A stretch of 61,917 nucleotides of DNA, counting the filler, from Dugesia japonica (lineage: Eukaryota): assembly GCA_001938525.1 (NCBI GenBank). It is 5 parts of 5 records of this genome, joined end to end, with 100 filler letters (N's around TTAATTAATTAA, not from the genome) between each part and the next. Parts side by side here need not be neighbours in the genome. Positions count along the whole stretch, not along the records: positions 13,857 to 24,478 come from MQRL01620853.1; positions 24,579 to 36,526 come from MQRL01525074.1; positions 36,627 to 48,009 come from MQRL01647121.1; 2 more parts are not named here. One strand, given 5' to 3'. The notes under the pieces were generated by a model. The model was not told where the DNA came from. It made no database searches and saw nothing but the letters and a program-made list of their open reading frames with translations. Positions 23,481-37,350 of the stretch are shown one piece after another; within the stretch, counting starts at the first letter, position 1, and the number at the start of each line of letters is the position of its first letter. A program made the translations under genes and the position numbers.

Positions 23481-24578
23481 ACCATCTGGTTGTAGCAAAT
23501 CCACAAATCCCCTCTTCCGGGGGGTGGTACAGTGCGCTTTTATCCACCTACCAATATTATTTGCAGCATTATGAAAATATTTTGTATTTTTTATCGCCTT
23601 CTGATCAGTCTTAAATAAGAAATTCTGTTTTGCTTACCGTCTTAGACCGGCCATGACCATGAATTTTGAAAATTTATTAGTTTTTTTNNNNNNNNNNNNN
23701 NNNNNNNNNNNNNNNNNNNNNNNNNNNNNNNNNNNNNNNNNNNNNNNNNNNNNNNNNNNNNNNNNNNNNNNNNNNNNNNNNNNNNNNNNNNNNNNNNNNN
23801 NNNNNNNAATTAATTAACTTGATATTGGTCGATAATAATACTAATTTGTCGCATGAATGCCTTTTGTTTTATTTTTAATTTTTGCTAAACAAAAATTTGA
23901 TTTGAGATTACTTTTTTCAAATGTAATTATTTAAACTATTAATTGTGTTTTAAATCAAAGAAAAATACCGATGAGAGAGAATAATAAATCATTGTACGAT
24001 AAAAGAATGACAAGTGATGCTAGTTTAAGATACTTCTAAAAATGATTTTGTAAAAATTTTTATTTTTTTTTTGATAAATTTTATAATTATTTTTATTTTA
24101 TTTATTATATAAATCAATTAATTATTGATTGTTGAAAATTTCCAATAGAAATAAATTGATTTTTAAATCAGAGTCAATTAATTCACTTCAACATCAATTA
24201 TATGAAATCTTATTTATTTTAAAAAATGAATTTTAATTTTAATTTTGATCTGTAAGAAATTTTTGTCAGAAATTCTTTGAGAAATGATTAAATAGATGAA
24301 AATTTATTAATTGTTTTTAAGGGTATCCATAATGAGAAATCAGTCAGATTTATTTGAACATTAGTATGCTATGCATTCCCTGTAAAAATCAAGAAACAAT
24401 AAATTAAAAACAAAAAAATATTATTTTAATTATTCCTTTGAAAATTTTTTTTCTTTTTTTATCGAAATAAATTTCTTTNNNNNNNNNNNNNNNNNNNNNN
24501 NNNNNNNNNNNNNNNNNNNNNNTTAATTAATTAANNNNNNNNNNNNNNNNNNNNNNNNNNNNNNNNNNNNNNNNNNNN

Positions 24579-24614
<36 letters not shown>

Positions 24615-24994
24615 TGCTAGATGAGTTTGGAAAATTAAGTTTAGAAAAACTCATCGAATCATTAACATCCGAATTCAACTCCATAAATTTATTAAAATAA
24701 AAACTAAAACATCATTAATTATTTAAAGAAACAAATTTAAAAATTTATATTTAAAAAAAGGAAAATACTAAATATTTAATTTTACATTTTATTCTATATA
24801 ATAAATATTTTGATTTTAAAAAAATATACTACAATAAACATTCATTTAATTTTATATTTTAAAAATCCTTAAGTTTTAATAATTTATTTTATAAATTATT
24901 TTCTTGATACAATTTTAAATATACTTTTGATTTTAATAAATTCCACTTTCAAAAATAAAAATTGAAGTCTGATTTTTAAAAAACTATCTTATAT

Positions 24995-27680
24995 CCCCCT
25001 TTCTAAGAAATTTTTTGATCTTCTTTACGTTTCTTTCAAGACTTTTACCGTTTGTATCTTCCAGAATATAGCGTCTGTCGTAAACTTTCATCTTGATCTT
25101 ATAGGGTCCTTCATAACGATCTTGGTTCTTGTTTCTTGTTTCAGCTTCCACTAAGACCTCATCACCGATCTCGAATTGTCTTTTAGTTAATATTTTCTAC
25201 TCTTGTTCTTTGTGCACTCATTGATTATTTGTTTTATACCATTTTTCTCTTCCCAAATACGATTTCAGCAGGGCTTTTCCGGATAGTTTTCTGTTTTGAA
25301 CGTTTAAGTCAAATTCTATCTCTGGCAATACATCTACCCAATCTGAGGTTTTCCTTTCTTTAAGTGCTGCTTTAATCATATCCTTCATATTTCTTAACTG
25401 TCTCTCGATTTGCTCATTTTTTGTTATGATGATATGGACTCAGCTGCAAATTCTTTCATTGATTTAAACTCAAAAGCTCTTCCACAATCAACTCAAATTT
25501 CTCTCGGACACCCGAACTTTAATATCCACTTCTTTAATATTGATTTCCGTATCGTATCTTCATCTTGTCTTGTCATTGCTATCAAGACTACATACTTACT
25601 GCATTGGTCTATTATACCGAGAACATATTTTTTCGACTTCTTGTCTCCAGCAGTGGTCGCAACACATCTATAAATAACAGTTCAAACATTTCGGCTGGCT
25701 GCGTCTTTTTCGTTTCTTCCTTCGTTTTTGTTGTCAACACTTNNNNNNNNNNNNNNNTTATACAGCTTCAGACAACCTCTTGTACTTTAGTCCACAAAGG
25801 TTTCGCGTTATATTTATGCTTCATATGCGCTGCTACTTTGTCTGCTTCAGCATGACACAAAAAATGGTGTATCCTCATTTTAACCTCTTCTACTTTATCA
25901 TCAGGTGTCCATGTTCCTTCATCATTCTCAACAAAATTGCATTACTTTTCTTGAATATTTACTGTATTTAACATCCTTGTTTTTAAATTTTCACTTTTGG
26001 GATCTTTATGTGACATCAGACATTGTGCATTCATTTATTGACAACATATCCTTTTTTATATTTCCATTTTATATCTAAGCTGCTCAAATAATTAATCCGC
26101 ATTTGAAACTGTGATGTAATCGGCTTTTTGGTATTTAGCATAAAAGTGATGGCTTTATGGTCTGTTCTGAGGAAAAATCTTTTTCCATATAAGTAATGTT
26201 TGAAATGAATACAAAAGTAGTAAATAATGAGCAATTCTTTCCGTGTAGNNNNNNNNNNNNNNNNNNNNNNNNNNNNNNNNNNNNNNNNNNNNNNNNNNAT
26301 CCTTTCTCATGACTCGTCATTGCGTGTGACCCATATGCAATTACTCTTTCTTGCCCATTGTTGTCATTTTGAATACTGCCGCAAACGTATCGAAACTCGC
26401 ATCCATGTCCAAAATAAATCTTCTATTTATATCTGGAAAACATAATATTNNNNNNNNNNNNNNNNNNNNNNNNNNNNNNNNAAAAACTTCTTTTAATTCA
26501 TTCGTCCATTCAATTTTCTTGTTACTTGGCTCACTACACAGTTGTTCCAGCAATCTGGCTTTTTTCGAATAATTTTTAAAAAACTTGCGATAGTTATTAC
26601 AAATTCCCAAAAAGCTTCTCATTTTCTTAACGCATTTTGTTTTACCAAAGTTCTTAATTGCATCTATTTAAGTTGGATCTGTTTTGACNNNNNNNNNNNN
26701 NNNNNNNNNNNNNNNNNNNNNNNNNNNNNNNNNNNNNNNNNNNNNNNNNNNNNNNNNNNNNNNNNNNNNNNNNNNNNNNNNNNNTGTTAATACTTTATTG
26801 CTAATTTCATAGTGTTGCTTCTTTGTTTCGGTAAATATGAGAATATCCTCTATATAAATCATGCTCTTTTTATTTTTCCGATTACTTTATTTATCATTTC
26901 TTGGAACGTACCTGGTGCTGCTGTAATTTCAATAGGCATTCTATTAAAACAAGAATACTCTTAAGATAAGGCTTCGATCGAAGCCTTATCTTATTTATGA
27001 AATCTCAAATCCGATCAATGGTTAAGTCCAACAATTATTCTCACAATAATTGTAATTATAAAAGAATACTCTTGTTTGGTTGAAAACCCCGTCTTTTCTT
27101 GAGAATCTTCACTGGGTTCCACTTGATAGTATGCATTTCCCAGGTCTATTGGGCTAAAATACTGCGTACCTTTCAAAGTATCCAGCATTTTGGCCACATT
27201 TGGCATAGGAAAAGCCTGTCTTTCAGTTATTGCATTGAGCAGTCTAAAGTATAAGCATAATTGTATATCATTATTTTTTCTTTTTCTAAACACAGATTAA
27301 TGGTGTATTTCATTGAGAATAACAATTCCGGATGATACCATTATCATATAGATTCTTGATGGCCTCTTCAATCTTCTCCTTTAGATTCATTTGTTAGCAA
27401 TACGGTTTTCTGTTGATTAGACTTTTTTTAGTGATTATTTGATGCTTCGTTAAGTGTGTGCATCCAATGTCCCATTTATCCACCATAAATACATCTTCAT
27501 TATTCTGAATAATCACAGTCCATCAATGATTTTTATTAATTTCTAGAATCTCTATTGCATGTCTCAATAGTTCACTCGTCTGTATCTGCCTTCCAAATTT
27601 TGCTTCGATGTTGCAAACAAATTTTTCCCGATGATTATTGATGTCTACTCTGCACGGTGGTTTGAGATAAGGCTAAGTCA
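24995..27680 (-). mobile_element. Small Gypsy family element: RT-RH-IN with PPT
   Basis: AFPMPN, IDLGNAYYQVE, SFLGICNNYRKF, ILDMDASF, RTDHKA, YEGPY. PPT AGAAAGGGGGA at about 25005-24995, followed by an AT-rich presumptive LTR. Confidence 0.9.
26963..27061 (+). mobile_element. 99-bp Penelope-like insertion with 12-bp TSD and terminal palindrome
   Basis: AAGAATACTCTT at 26951-26962 and 27062-27073; perfect 32-bp palindrome at 26962-26993. Confidence 0.8.
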
Positions 27681-29609
27681 CTTTCCTTCAGCTTTGTGTT
27701 CCGCTCTTGCAACTTTGCGTTCTTTTTTGTAATTATGTTACCTCATTCTGTAGTGTTTTATGCAACGAGCACCACTTCTTTCTTAGCTCTGCCATAAAAT
27801 TATCGTCGCTTTTATACTTGACATTGAATATAAAGCAATATTCAATAATTATTAAACTTTTAAAAGCTTTTAATCCTCATTTAGTAATAAATCAGCATGT
27901 TTGATGGTTAAATTAATTTAGAGATGTTTCCTGAAATTAGGGAAGCAAAGAAAACTGCTCGTCACATTAAAACTATATAAACTATCAAATGTTGTCAAAG
28001 TTTTACACATCCGTGACAGATTCATCATCTTTGTCATGGAAGGAGGATTTGCTATAAGGTAGTCTCAATTTTCGTAGATAATCTTTCTGTCTGTTTCTGA
28101 AATTCCATCATTTCTTGCTGGATTGAATCTATATGACCGGATAATTTAGCCGATTGTCGTAAAAGCTCTGTCGTTTGAGTTTAACTAGTTTTCCTTCATT
28201 TTACTTTCTTAGAGTATTTGCTTCATTGGTTTCCTTATCGTGTAAATTCTTCTGTGACGCGAGCAATTTTATTAGCACACCGATTTTTAAGTAGTTTTGA
28301 TGGATTCTATTCTGAATGATCCACCAGAGCTCGGAATTAGTTCCATCGAGCCTCAAAGAATACCATAGATTTGGTGTCTGATTAGCGGGGTGCGTGTTAA
28401 ACGCTCATTCCTGCTCATTCAAAGATTTCATGGCTTGGACCTGCATTATTCGTCGTGAAATCTTAATTCATAACAAGTTTTTATTTATAAATCAATGAAA
28501 ATATTATAATTAATCTTTTATTTATAAAGCAGCAACGATAAAAATCACTTTCAATTTGAGCGAGCACTTTATTGGATTATTTATAAACGAGACAGCTTTG
28601 AATGAAGTCTCATGCCCGTCGGACATTAGATCGCTTGTCACAATCATCAGAGTCCTTCATACATTATTTAAGTGGTAATACTCCAAAGTAACTTGGGGTT
28701 TTAATAGATTAAGATATCTTTCGCACATAAAGAAAATTACGACTCTGTTGTTGTATCTGAATATTTGATAACTCTACTCGAAACCTTTATTAAATTTCAT
28801 TTAACAAAATGTATCTATAAAGATTCGAAATTAATATAAGCTAAAATTATATATAATAAAATTCTAGTTTTTAATATTAAATTAAAATTAATCAAATTAT
28901 GCAAATCGCAATAGTCAATGCTAAAATTCTAAACTAAAACATCAGTCAAATATGATATTGATAAATGAAAATTAAATAATAAAAAATATATTTGTAAATA
29001 ATAGATCCAATAAATAAAAATATTATGAATGAAAATTCATCAACTAATAATGCTGATAGATTATAGTCAAATAACATTATTAATTCATCTACTTTGTATT
29101 GTGTACGGTGCTCACCCATATATAAATAAGACACATCATTATCTAATAAGCCAATAAATATCCTTAATCTACTCTGATCAATCAATACGATACACAATTT
29201 ATCAATCAATAAAGTTAATGAATATCCTCAATCAATCAATTTGATAAACTTTTATGTAATACACCTTTGATCAATCAAAATAATAGAAATTTAATTGTGA
29301 TCATATAATAATGATTGGATTAACACACAATATTATTGACAACATTATTATTAGTTTATTAATTTTATTATCTTTATTGTATTATTCTTATGAATGTACA
29401 GACTATGTAATATTATATAAGAAAAAAAAATTCTTTAATATTTTATTTAACTGAAATCAATAAAAGAATTCTAGAAGCATTTATAAAATAAACAGGTGTT
29501 TTTTTTATATAAAGTTGTAATACTGATTATATAGAAAAAATATTTGATCTAATAAATTTTTTATAGAAAAAACTATAAATGTTAAATTATCTTTGTAAAG
29601 TGTCCAAGT

Positions 29610-30765
29610 AGACGGCAGATACGGAACGTACGGAGGAGTTATATAAGCCAGTAAGTGAAGAATTAATGAACTTTGAAAATAAAGGAAAATATTGAAGCGA
29701 GCAAATAAGAGGAATTTTAAGATGAGCTGTCGGGATAGTAAAGAAAAGATTGAAGACGAGGAGACTAAATAAAATTAGGGAACATGATAGTTGAGATGAA
29801 ACAAGAAAGAGCGAAATAGGTAATTTAAATGGAAAAATTTGGCTGTCGAAAGAAATTATTGAGAAAAGGATTAGAGACATTCACCACCAATTGTGTCACA
29901 CGAGAGTAGAGAAGATTTAGAATTATATAAAGCAGATTTATGCGAGGAATAACTTGAAGGATAGAACAAATGAAGTGGTTTGTAGTTGTAAGTTCTGTCA
30001 GAAAGTAAAAGCTATAACAGTATCAACGCGTAAAACAATCAGATACTCTGACAGTTATAGTCATATGGAAGTTAAGTTTATTGCTATTTTTGAGTCACTA
30101 AAAGTGGCAAAGGGTAAGAGGAAATAATTTTTATGAATGAGAGACTTATTCACTTAATATATGATTTCTGTAGCATTTGTAGACAAGACAAAGGAAAAAT
30201 TCGTGTAAGAAACTGGATTCTCAGGTGTGGGTGCCATCGGAAGATCCGGTTTGATAGTGGTAATGTTTTTGAATCGTGAGAAACAAAGACATTTGCAAAT
30301 ACGTTGAATATTGTATGTAATGTTGCCAGTCCTTACCATCATAAAATAAAAACGCAGATCAAATGTCAGTTCAGGACAATTCAGATTTTTTTTAATTCAG
30401 TGGTCCGAGTGAGGAAACCTGCTGATTGAACAGATATTTTACCCAAAATCGAGTTTTCATTAAACGCAACAAAACAAAAAACATTAGGCATTAGTCTGTA
30501 GAATTAGTATGGAATGGTGGACAGTAGAAACATTACTAGAAAAAAGCGAGGAACGGAATGGTCGGGAGAGAAAAGTGAGCCCCATAAAGAGACACTTTTC
30601 AGCTTTAAAGGAAATAAAAACCAGAGATAAAGGTCAGCATTGATTCGAAACACCCTATAAAATCACTGATAAAATCAACGAGAGACTTTATGCTGTGTTG
30701 ATTGAAGATAATAAAAGATTGGTTCGCAACGTAGAAAAAATTCAAAAGTTCTTAACAGTGGTGTG
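29610..30765 (+). pseudogene. Highly degraded Gypsy integrase of the same small family
   Basis: HHQLCHTRVEK, CKFCQKVK, SPYHH, LPKIEFSLNATKQKT, RNVEKIQKFL. Confidence 0.8.
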
Positions 30766-31953
30766 TGAGGATTTGTATTAAATAGATTTTAAGTTTTTAT
30801 AAATTGTACAGGAAATTAAGAAAAATAATAAAAGCGGATAGTGTTTTAATATTCAGAATTGATATATATATATATATACGAAATAAGATATCTAATATCA
30901 ATACATACTGAATTATTACCGATAATATTGATATTAAACTACCTTAATTTTTTAGCCAAAACAATTATAAATTTTTTGTAGAGTCAAGTACCCAACATAT
31001 TGATAATATAAAAAGGTTGAAGTTAGTTGAATTATATGGTTTCGTTTGGTTACGAACTGATTATTTGGTGTAATATGAATCTGTTAACGATGTTAGCCGC
31101 GTTTCAATTGAAATGATTAATTCAAGATTTCATGAAAGAATACATTAGTGTTCGAAGAGTTTTATTTCATGAATGATATAGTTGAATCGATTAATGATTT
31201 AATTCCATAATTTTAAGTGAAAATGTTTCCATATCATGATCAAAAGCTTTCATAACCATTAGAAATTGACCTTATTTCTTATTACTATGATTTAACATGA
31301 TTAATATTATTTAATCATTCACATTAGCTATTTAGAATGTGCTATTATTGGCGTACTGTAGAAATGATAGATTATTGACAAGACGGATCAACTCAATTTA
31401 CTTCTTAAAATACCATTTCTGAATCCTGAATTATTAAATCCTCATATACATTGAAATGTTGGTAACGCAAAAATAACCCGAAAACGATTCTTAAAGGTAA
31501 ATCCATTGCTCGAAAAACAATAGACTAACAATGAGATTGTTCTGATTTTAGTTCAGGATTATTTTAATTTTACTCANNNNNNNNNNNNNNNNNNNNNNNN
31601 NNNNNNNNNNNNNNNNNNNNNNNNNNNNNNNNNNNNNTAGCAAGTATCTTGTCGAGTTGAAGCAATAATATGACCATTAGTTTTCGTTTATGTATTAGTA
31701 TGTTATTTAATATGAGTGTACCTTGTGAATTTCTAAAAACTTCAAACATGGATATGTTTATTTGTTAACATAATTCTAGATATTTGTATATTTGAATTTG
31801 TGTATTACAAGGCGAAATTAATATAAATTAAGTTTTGGTTATTTCTCAGATGAAAGATTTTGGGAAATTGTGTTTTGATAATTGATTTAAATGTAATAAG
31901 TATACAAATTATGTCTATTGATTGTAGTAAATAATAAAATTTTAAATTGTTGC

Positions 31954-32145
31954 TGTTAGATAAATCTTCAATTGATAAATCATTTTCCAAATCAAAACAT
32001 ATATTTTAAGACATCATTTATTTTACTACTGCAACACATACTTGATAAGATAAATATATAAGTGATTAGAATTGATTAAATTTTAATATTCAATTTAATC
32101 ACTTTCTATGGGCTTAAATTATTAAATAATAATTATTTCCTTATA
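31954..32145 (-). repeat. 3' LTR; PPT AAGAAGGGCGGA at 32157-32146
   Basis: Direct repeat of 35656-35847 with scattered substitutions; ends ...AACA. Confidence 0.9.
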
Positions 32146-34860
32146 TCCGCCCTTCTTAAGAAACTTTCTAAGTGTTTCCACATTTCTTTCTTATCACTGT
32201 CCATTTTCTCCTTGTAACACATACCGCCTTTCATGCATTTTCTCAATTATTCGATAAGGTCCTTCAAATCTGTCTTGACCTTTCTTTCTTGTTTCTACAT
32301 AAATGAGTACAAAATCGCCCACTTCGAATTCTCTGTTAGTAATCAAGTATGAAGTATTTTATTTAAATTATCTAAAACGTCTGACTCATACCATGTTTCT
32401 CTGCTAATTCTATTTTCCAAATACGATCTAAGCCGGACTCTTTCCAGATGTCTTCTTCTTTTTGAGTTCATTGTAAATTCTATTTCCGGTAGAAAATCTG
32501 CCCAATCTGTTAACTTTCTTTTCTGAATTGTTGCATTAATTAAATCTCAAATTGTTCTGAATTGTTTCTCAATTTGTCCGTTTGCATTGTGATGATATGG
32601 ACTGGAAAATCAAAGTTTAATATCTAACTTCAGTGCAAACTCTCTCATAACTCTGGATTCAAAGGCTTTTTCACAATCTATTCGTTTTTCTCTTGGACAT
32701 CCAAATCTCAATATCCAATTTTCAAAAATAGCTTTTCGTATTGTTTCCTCGTCTTGTCTAGGCAATGGTATAAGAACCAGATATTTAATGTATTGGTCGA
32801 TTATTTCAAGAATGTATTTTTTCGTCCACTTGTTTTTTGCATTGGCCTACATATATCTGTGAATATGACTTCAAACAAATTTGTAGCTTCTAATCTCTTA
32901 GTCTTCTCTTTAGTGGCTGTCGTTACCACCTTAATCTTCTGACAAATTTCACAGCTACGAACAATCTTCTGTATTTTGATCCACAAATTCTTCGCAATGT
33001 ATTTGTTTCTCATATCTTCGTACACTTTTTCAACTCCTGCATGACATAATAATTTATGTATTTCTTCTATTGTCTCTTGTAGTTTGTCATCCAAAATTTT
33101 TATTTTCTTGATTAAATCTGTTTCCTCAGAAATGTTTAAATGCTCTTCTTTTTCCTTTTCAATTATGNNNNNNNNNNNNNNNNNNNNNNNNNNNNNNNNN
33201 NNNNNNNNNNNNNNNNNAAATCTGTTTCCTCAGAAATGTTTAAATGCTCTTCTTTTTCCTTTTCAATTATGTTCAGTATTCTCGTTTTAATTTTCCTTTT
33301 CTTGACATTGTACACATACCTCATATCTTGGTCTAGATAACATATCGGCATTACCATATTGAATTCCTTTTCTATATTCCAAAACCATGTCTAGACTACT
33401 CAGATAATTAATCCATGTTTGGAATTGTGACGTAATTGGTTTCTTTTTCGTCATCATGAAAGTTAGAGCTTTATGATCTGTTCTAATAGTAAATCTTTGA
33501 CCGTACAAGTAATGTTTAAAATGCATGCAGAAATAAGAAAGCCAATAATTTCTTTCGTGTGATGCAATATCTCTTTTCTTGACTATTCATTGAGTGTGAT
33601 TTATAAGCAACAACTCTTTCCTTTCCTTCTTTAGCTCCAATCATACCAAAACTAGCCTCTTTATCTAATATAAATTCTTTGTTTATGTCTGGAAAACACA
33701 ATATTGGTGCAGTCATTAGAGACTTCCTCAGACCCTTAAAAGTATCATTTAGTTCATCTGTCTATTCTAATTTATTGTTGCTTGGTCCCTACACAACTGC
33801 TCTAAGATCCTTGATTTTCATACGTAGTTTTCAATAATCTTTTATAATAATTACAAATTCACAAGAAACTTTGCAACTTCTTTAAACAGTTTGGTTTGCC
33901 AAATGTTTTTATTGCTTCGTTTTTAGACGGATCAGTTCTAACACTATTCTTCCTAATTGTTTGTCCAAGAAACTTGATTTTGCTTTGAAGAAACTGACAC
34001 TTTTCTGGATTATTTCTTAAAACAGCTTTCATTATTTCCATTAAAACTCTTTAAATTACTTCATTGTGTTGATCTTTATTGTTCGTATATATCAAAATGT
34101 CATCAAGATAAACCATGGATTCATTAATTCCACCTACCACGTCTTTCATCATCTCCTGAAATGTATCTGGTGCCACTGCATTGCCAAATGGCACTCTATT
34201 AAAACTATATTGTCCGTGCTTTGTTAAAAACACCGTTTTTCTTGACATTCTTATTTTTCGGTATCACTCTTTTAGAAACTAAGAAAGTAACCTCTTTGCA
34301 AACTTCATCAAATATNACTCCGGTTCTAACTTTCCCAACTATTTCAATCTTTCATCACTCATTTCTAAATGTAGTTCTCGTAATTTATTAAAACAACTCA
34401 AAATTATCACGTTAATTCGAGCACTTATATCTAATAAACATTCGACTTTATTTCCTTGAATTGATATCGTAACACTTGGTCTACCTTTCAATTTATGGTA
34501 CGAATTATTTGTTTTCTGTTCTGCTTCAATTGTTTCAACCCATTCTACTTTTTATCATCCGCAAAATTTTGCCTTCTTAAGAACCTGACTACTTTTTCTT
34601 AAACTTTCCCGATATCATCCTACTTTTCGACCCCTTGAGGATAATCAATCACTTTATTTAACAATGGATGGCTCCTACCAACTCATCTACTGGTGGAGCC
34701 CTGCTTTTTGGGTACTGCCTTTCAGAATCTCTTTCATACATTTCGTTTGTATTAGTCTTCATGTTCAATTGCATGTGCTCGATTATATCGGTTTCTTGAT
34801 CTTCCTGCAGTCATAAATTTCTCACTTGTTCTTTTCATTTTTCAAATTTCTTTAGCACTC

Positions 34861-35719
34861 TTATGCTCTATTTCCACCATTACCACATCGTTTACACCTC
34901 ACTTCTTGACATAACCGTCTTATATGGCCAACCTTTCCACAACCAAAACATTTTGTTGGTTTTTTATTTGGACAATCTCGACTTATATGTACTGTTTTAT
35001 GACAAGTCCAGCACTCTACCACTGGTGGCCTCGGGCAATTTGCTTTACTATGACTGATTTTATGACATAACAAACATTCGATATTTTGTTTTTCCTTTCC
35101 TCGATCTACATATCTATTTATTGTATGATTTACAAGTTTCTGATAATCTTGACTTATAACTCTCGCAAAGTTCAAACTACATTAACGTGATCTCCGTTTT
35201 TCTCTACTCGATCTACTAACACTATTGTATCTTCAATTTTTTCTATATTTTTCGTTTCTGTAAAGTTACTTCTTCTTCAACTTTTTTGTTATCTGAACAG
35301 TATAATCTTTTTACTAAAATCTTACATTTTTAAAATAAACTTGAATCTCTTCATTTCTACGTCTGTATTTAATCAAATTTTGAAAGTCATTGATAACATC
35401 TTATTCTTTTTTAAATGCCATACGTAAATGAGTCTGGAAACCTTCACACTTTTTTCAACGTCTTTACATATTCTTCCAATAAACCTTCCTCTAACAAACA
35501 AGAGACTAATCTCTCACGTTGTTTCACCTGGGTGATGTTTTTAGCTTCAAAATACAATTCACACCGCTTGATGAATTTCTCAATATCATCTCCTCTGCAG
35601 AACATATTAAGCAATAATCTCTCTGTAATAGAATCGGTATTTACCGCTGCCACCATTTTAGGTAAATCTTCAATTGGTAATTCATTTTCCAAATCAAGAC
35701 TAATATTTTGAGACATCAT
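34861..35719 (-). pseudogene. gag: Gag of the small Gypsy element
   Basis: FCRGDDIEKFIKRCELYF; CLLCHKISHSKANC, CWTCHKTVHISRDC, CFGCGKVGHIRRLC. Confidence 0.85.
35643..35655 (-). promoter_or_regulatory. Primer-binding site TGGTGGCAGCGGT (tRNA-Leu type)
   Basis: Immediately inside the 5' LTR; complementary to a tRNA-Leu 3' end ...ACCGCUGCCACCA. Confidence 0.8.
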
Positions 35720-35847
35720 TTATTTTACTACTACAATACATAATTGATAAGATAAATATATAAATGATAAGAATTGATTAAATTTTAATGTTCAATTTGA
35801 TCACTTTCTATTGGCTTAAATTATTAAATAATAATTATTTTCTGGTA
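35656..35847 (-). repeat. 5' LTR
   Basis: Direct repeat of 31954-32145; abuts the PBS. Confidence 0.88.
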
Positions 35848-36626
35848 GTTTTAGTTTAGATTTGGAGAAAAGGTTGGAAAAAAATTGAGTAATGATATTT
35901 TATACTAGAAACCGAACAAAAAAATTAGATAGTCACATTAATTTGAATTGTAATTACCAATCCTCTGAAAATGAGTGGACAAAAAAAATTAAAACATTTA
36001 CCATCTCTTTAATTTTTTTAATTAATCCGATAAATTATTTGGAATAACCTCTTTATGATTAAATCTTAATATATACAAAGAATATTTAATTGCATTTAAA
36101 AAAAATAATTATTTATGAAAATTTCAAGAAAAACTATACTTACTTTGTCAACTTTGAATTCTGTCAAAATATGTAAATTTGAACGACCTTCCATTTTCCT
36201 TAAACATTCAGAATAGGTGCTTCTTCGTTTGTAAAGATCATAGTTCACTGAAAATAGTTGATTAAATAAACATTAACATCATCATCACATTATATTTACT
36301 TATCTCTGTGTACAATCATATCCTATCTATTTTCTATTTTGTAATGAAATGAAGATTTTGTTACAGGAAACTATTTTATAATGATCCCAAACCAAAATCG
36401 TTGTAATATTTTTAGTTTTCAATGTTTTTCTTTGCTATTAGTTAATATATTTTACTTGGCCTACTTATCCTTGGTTTATTTATATCTAATCGAGAAATCT
36501 TGGGTGTTTATACTCTTCGAATATTTNNNNNNNNNNNNNNNNNNNNNNNNNNNNNNNNNNNNNNNNNNNNTTAATTAATTAANNNNNNNNNNNNNNNNNN
36601 NNNNNNNNNNNNNNNNNNNNNNNNNN

Positions 36627-37350
36627 GAATTGAACAATCCAAGGAGCAAGGTATTTAACTTGAGTAATGGTGATATGTTTGCTAAGATAACAATCAATAT
36701 TGTCATCAGTGAACCAAGATGTGAGATTTATGGTATTAGCTCTAGTAGATATGGTGCCTTCTGCATCAGTATTAAATAAAATGGTTTGGTTGCATNNNNN
36801 NNNNGGCACTTCCCGTCAATCATCACAATTTCTGACTTTGTTTTAAATAGCTGGTTGAGTAAATGAACAAACAGGCAAATTTGATCTAGAATCTATATAC
36901 CTTTTTATCATTGCTAGGAGCTTGTTGTTTATAATCCATTTCTGTGGCAGTGTGCGGCAGTTCAGCATTATTTTCATGTTTTGATTCTTTGTTATTTAAT
37001 TCAGGAATTTCCACAACATCTGNAATTGTCTCATCTGAATCCAAGATGGATTCATCAATCAATATTGTATCATTTTGAATTTTTGAAGGATATTTTGAAA
37101 AACTTTCTTCTACCTGCAATGTAGTATTTTCTGTATAGTCTATCATATTCAGATTGGATGTTGTTTTAGGTTGCGTATATAGTTCTGCATTTTGACGAGA
37201 TTGTTTAATATTATGAATCGGTGAGTATTCGTTCAAAGTTTGGAATCTTTTTCTCTTACATGTTTCAAGCAGCATTTTAAAAACATCGAGTTTGTCTAAT
37301 GCTTCTCGAGTCAAAAAAACGACTTTATGTCTACCATGCCCATCTTTCAT
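36627..37350 (-). pseudogene. Possible transposon-borne Ulp1/C48 peptidase fragment
   Basis: NLTSWFTDDNIDCYL resembles the Ulp1 W-L-x-D-x-x-I-x-x-Y motif. It is truncated by the spacer and no catalytic His/Cys is seen. Confidence 0.45.

Larger units (their letters stand above)
31954..35847 (-). mobile_element. Two-LTR Gypsy element with an internal deletion between PR and RT
   Basis: About 190-bp LTR pair, PBS, PPT, gag with 3-4 CCHC, PR (VECLLDISA), RT (VYLDD), RNase H and IN. Confidence 0.93.

Noticed and set aside
33110-33270. Direct repeat flanking an N gap
   Set aside because: Identical sequence on both sides of the gap indicates unmerged overlapping contig ends.
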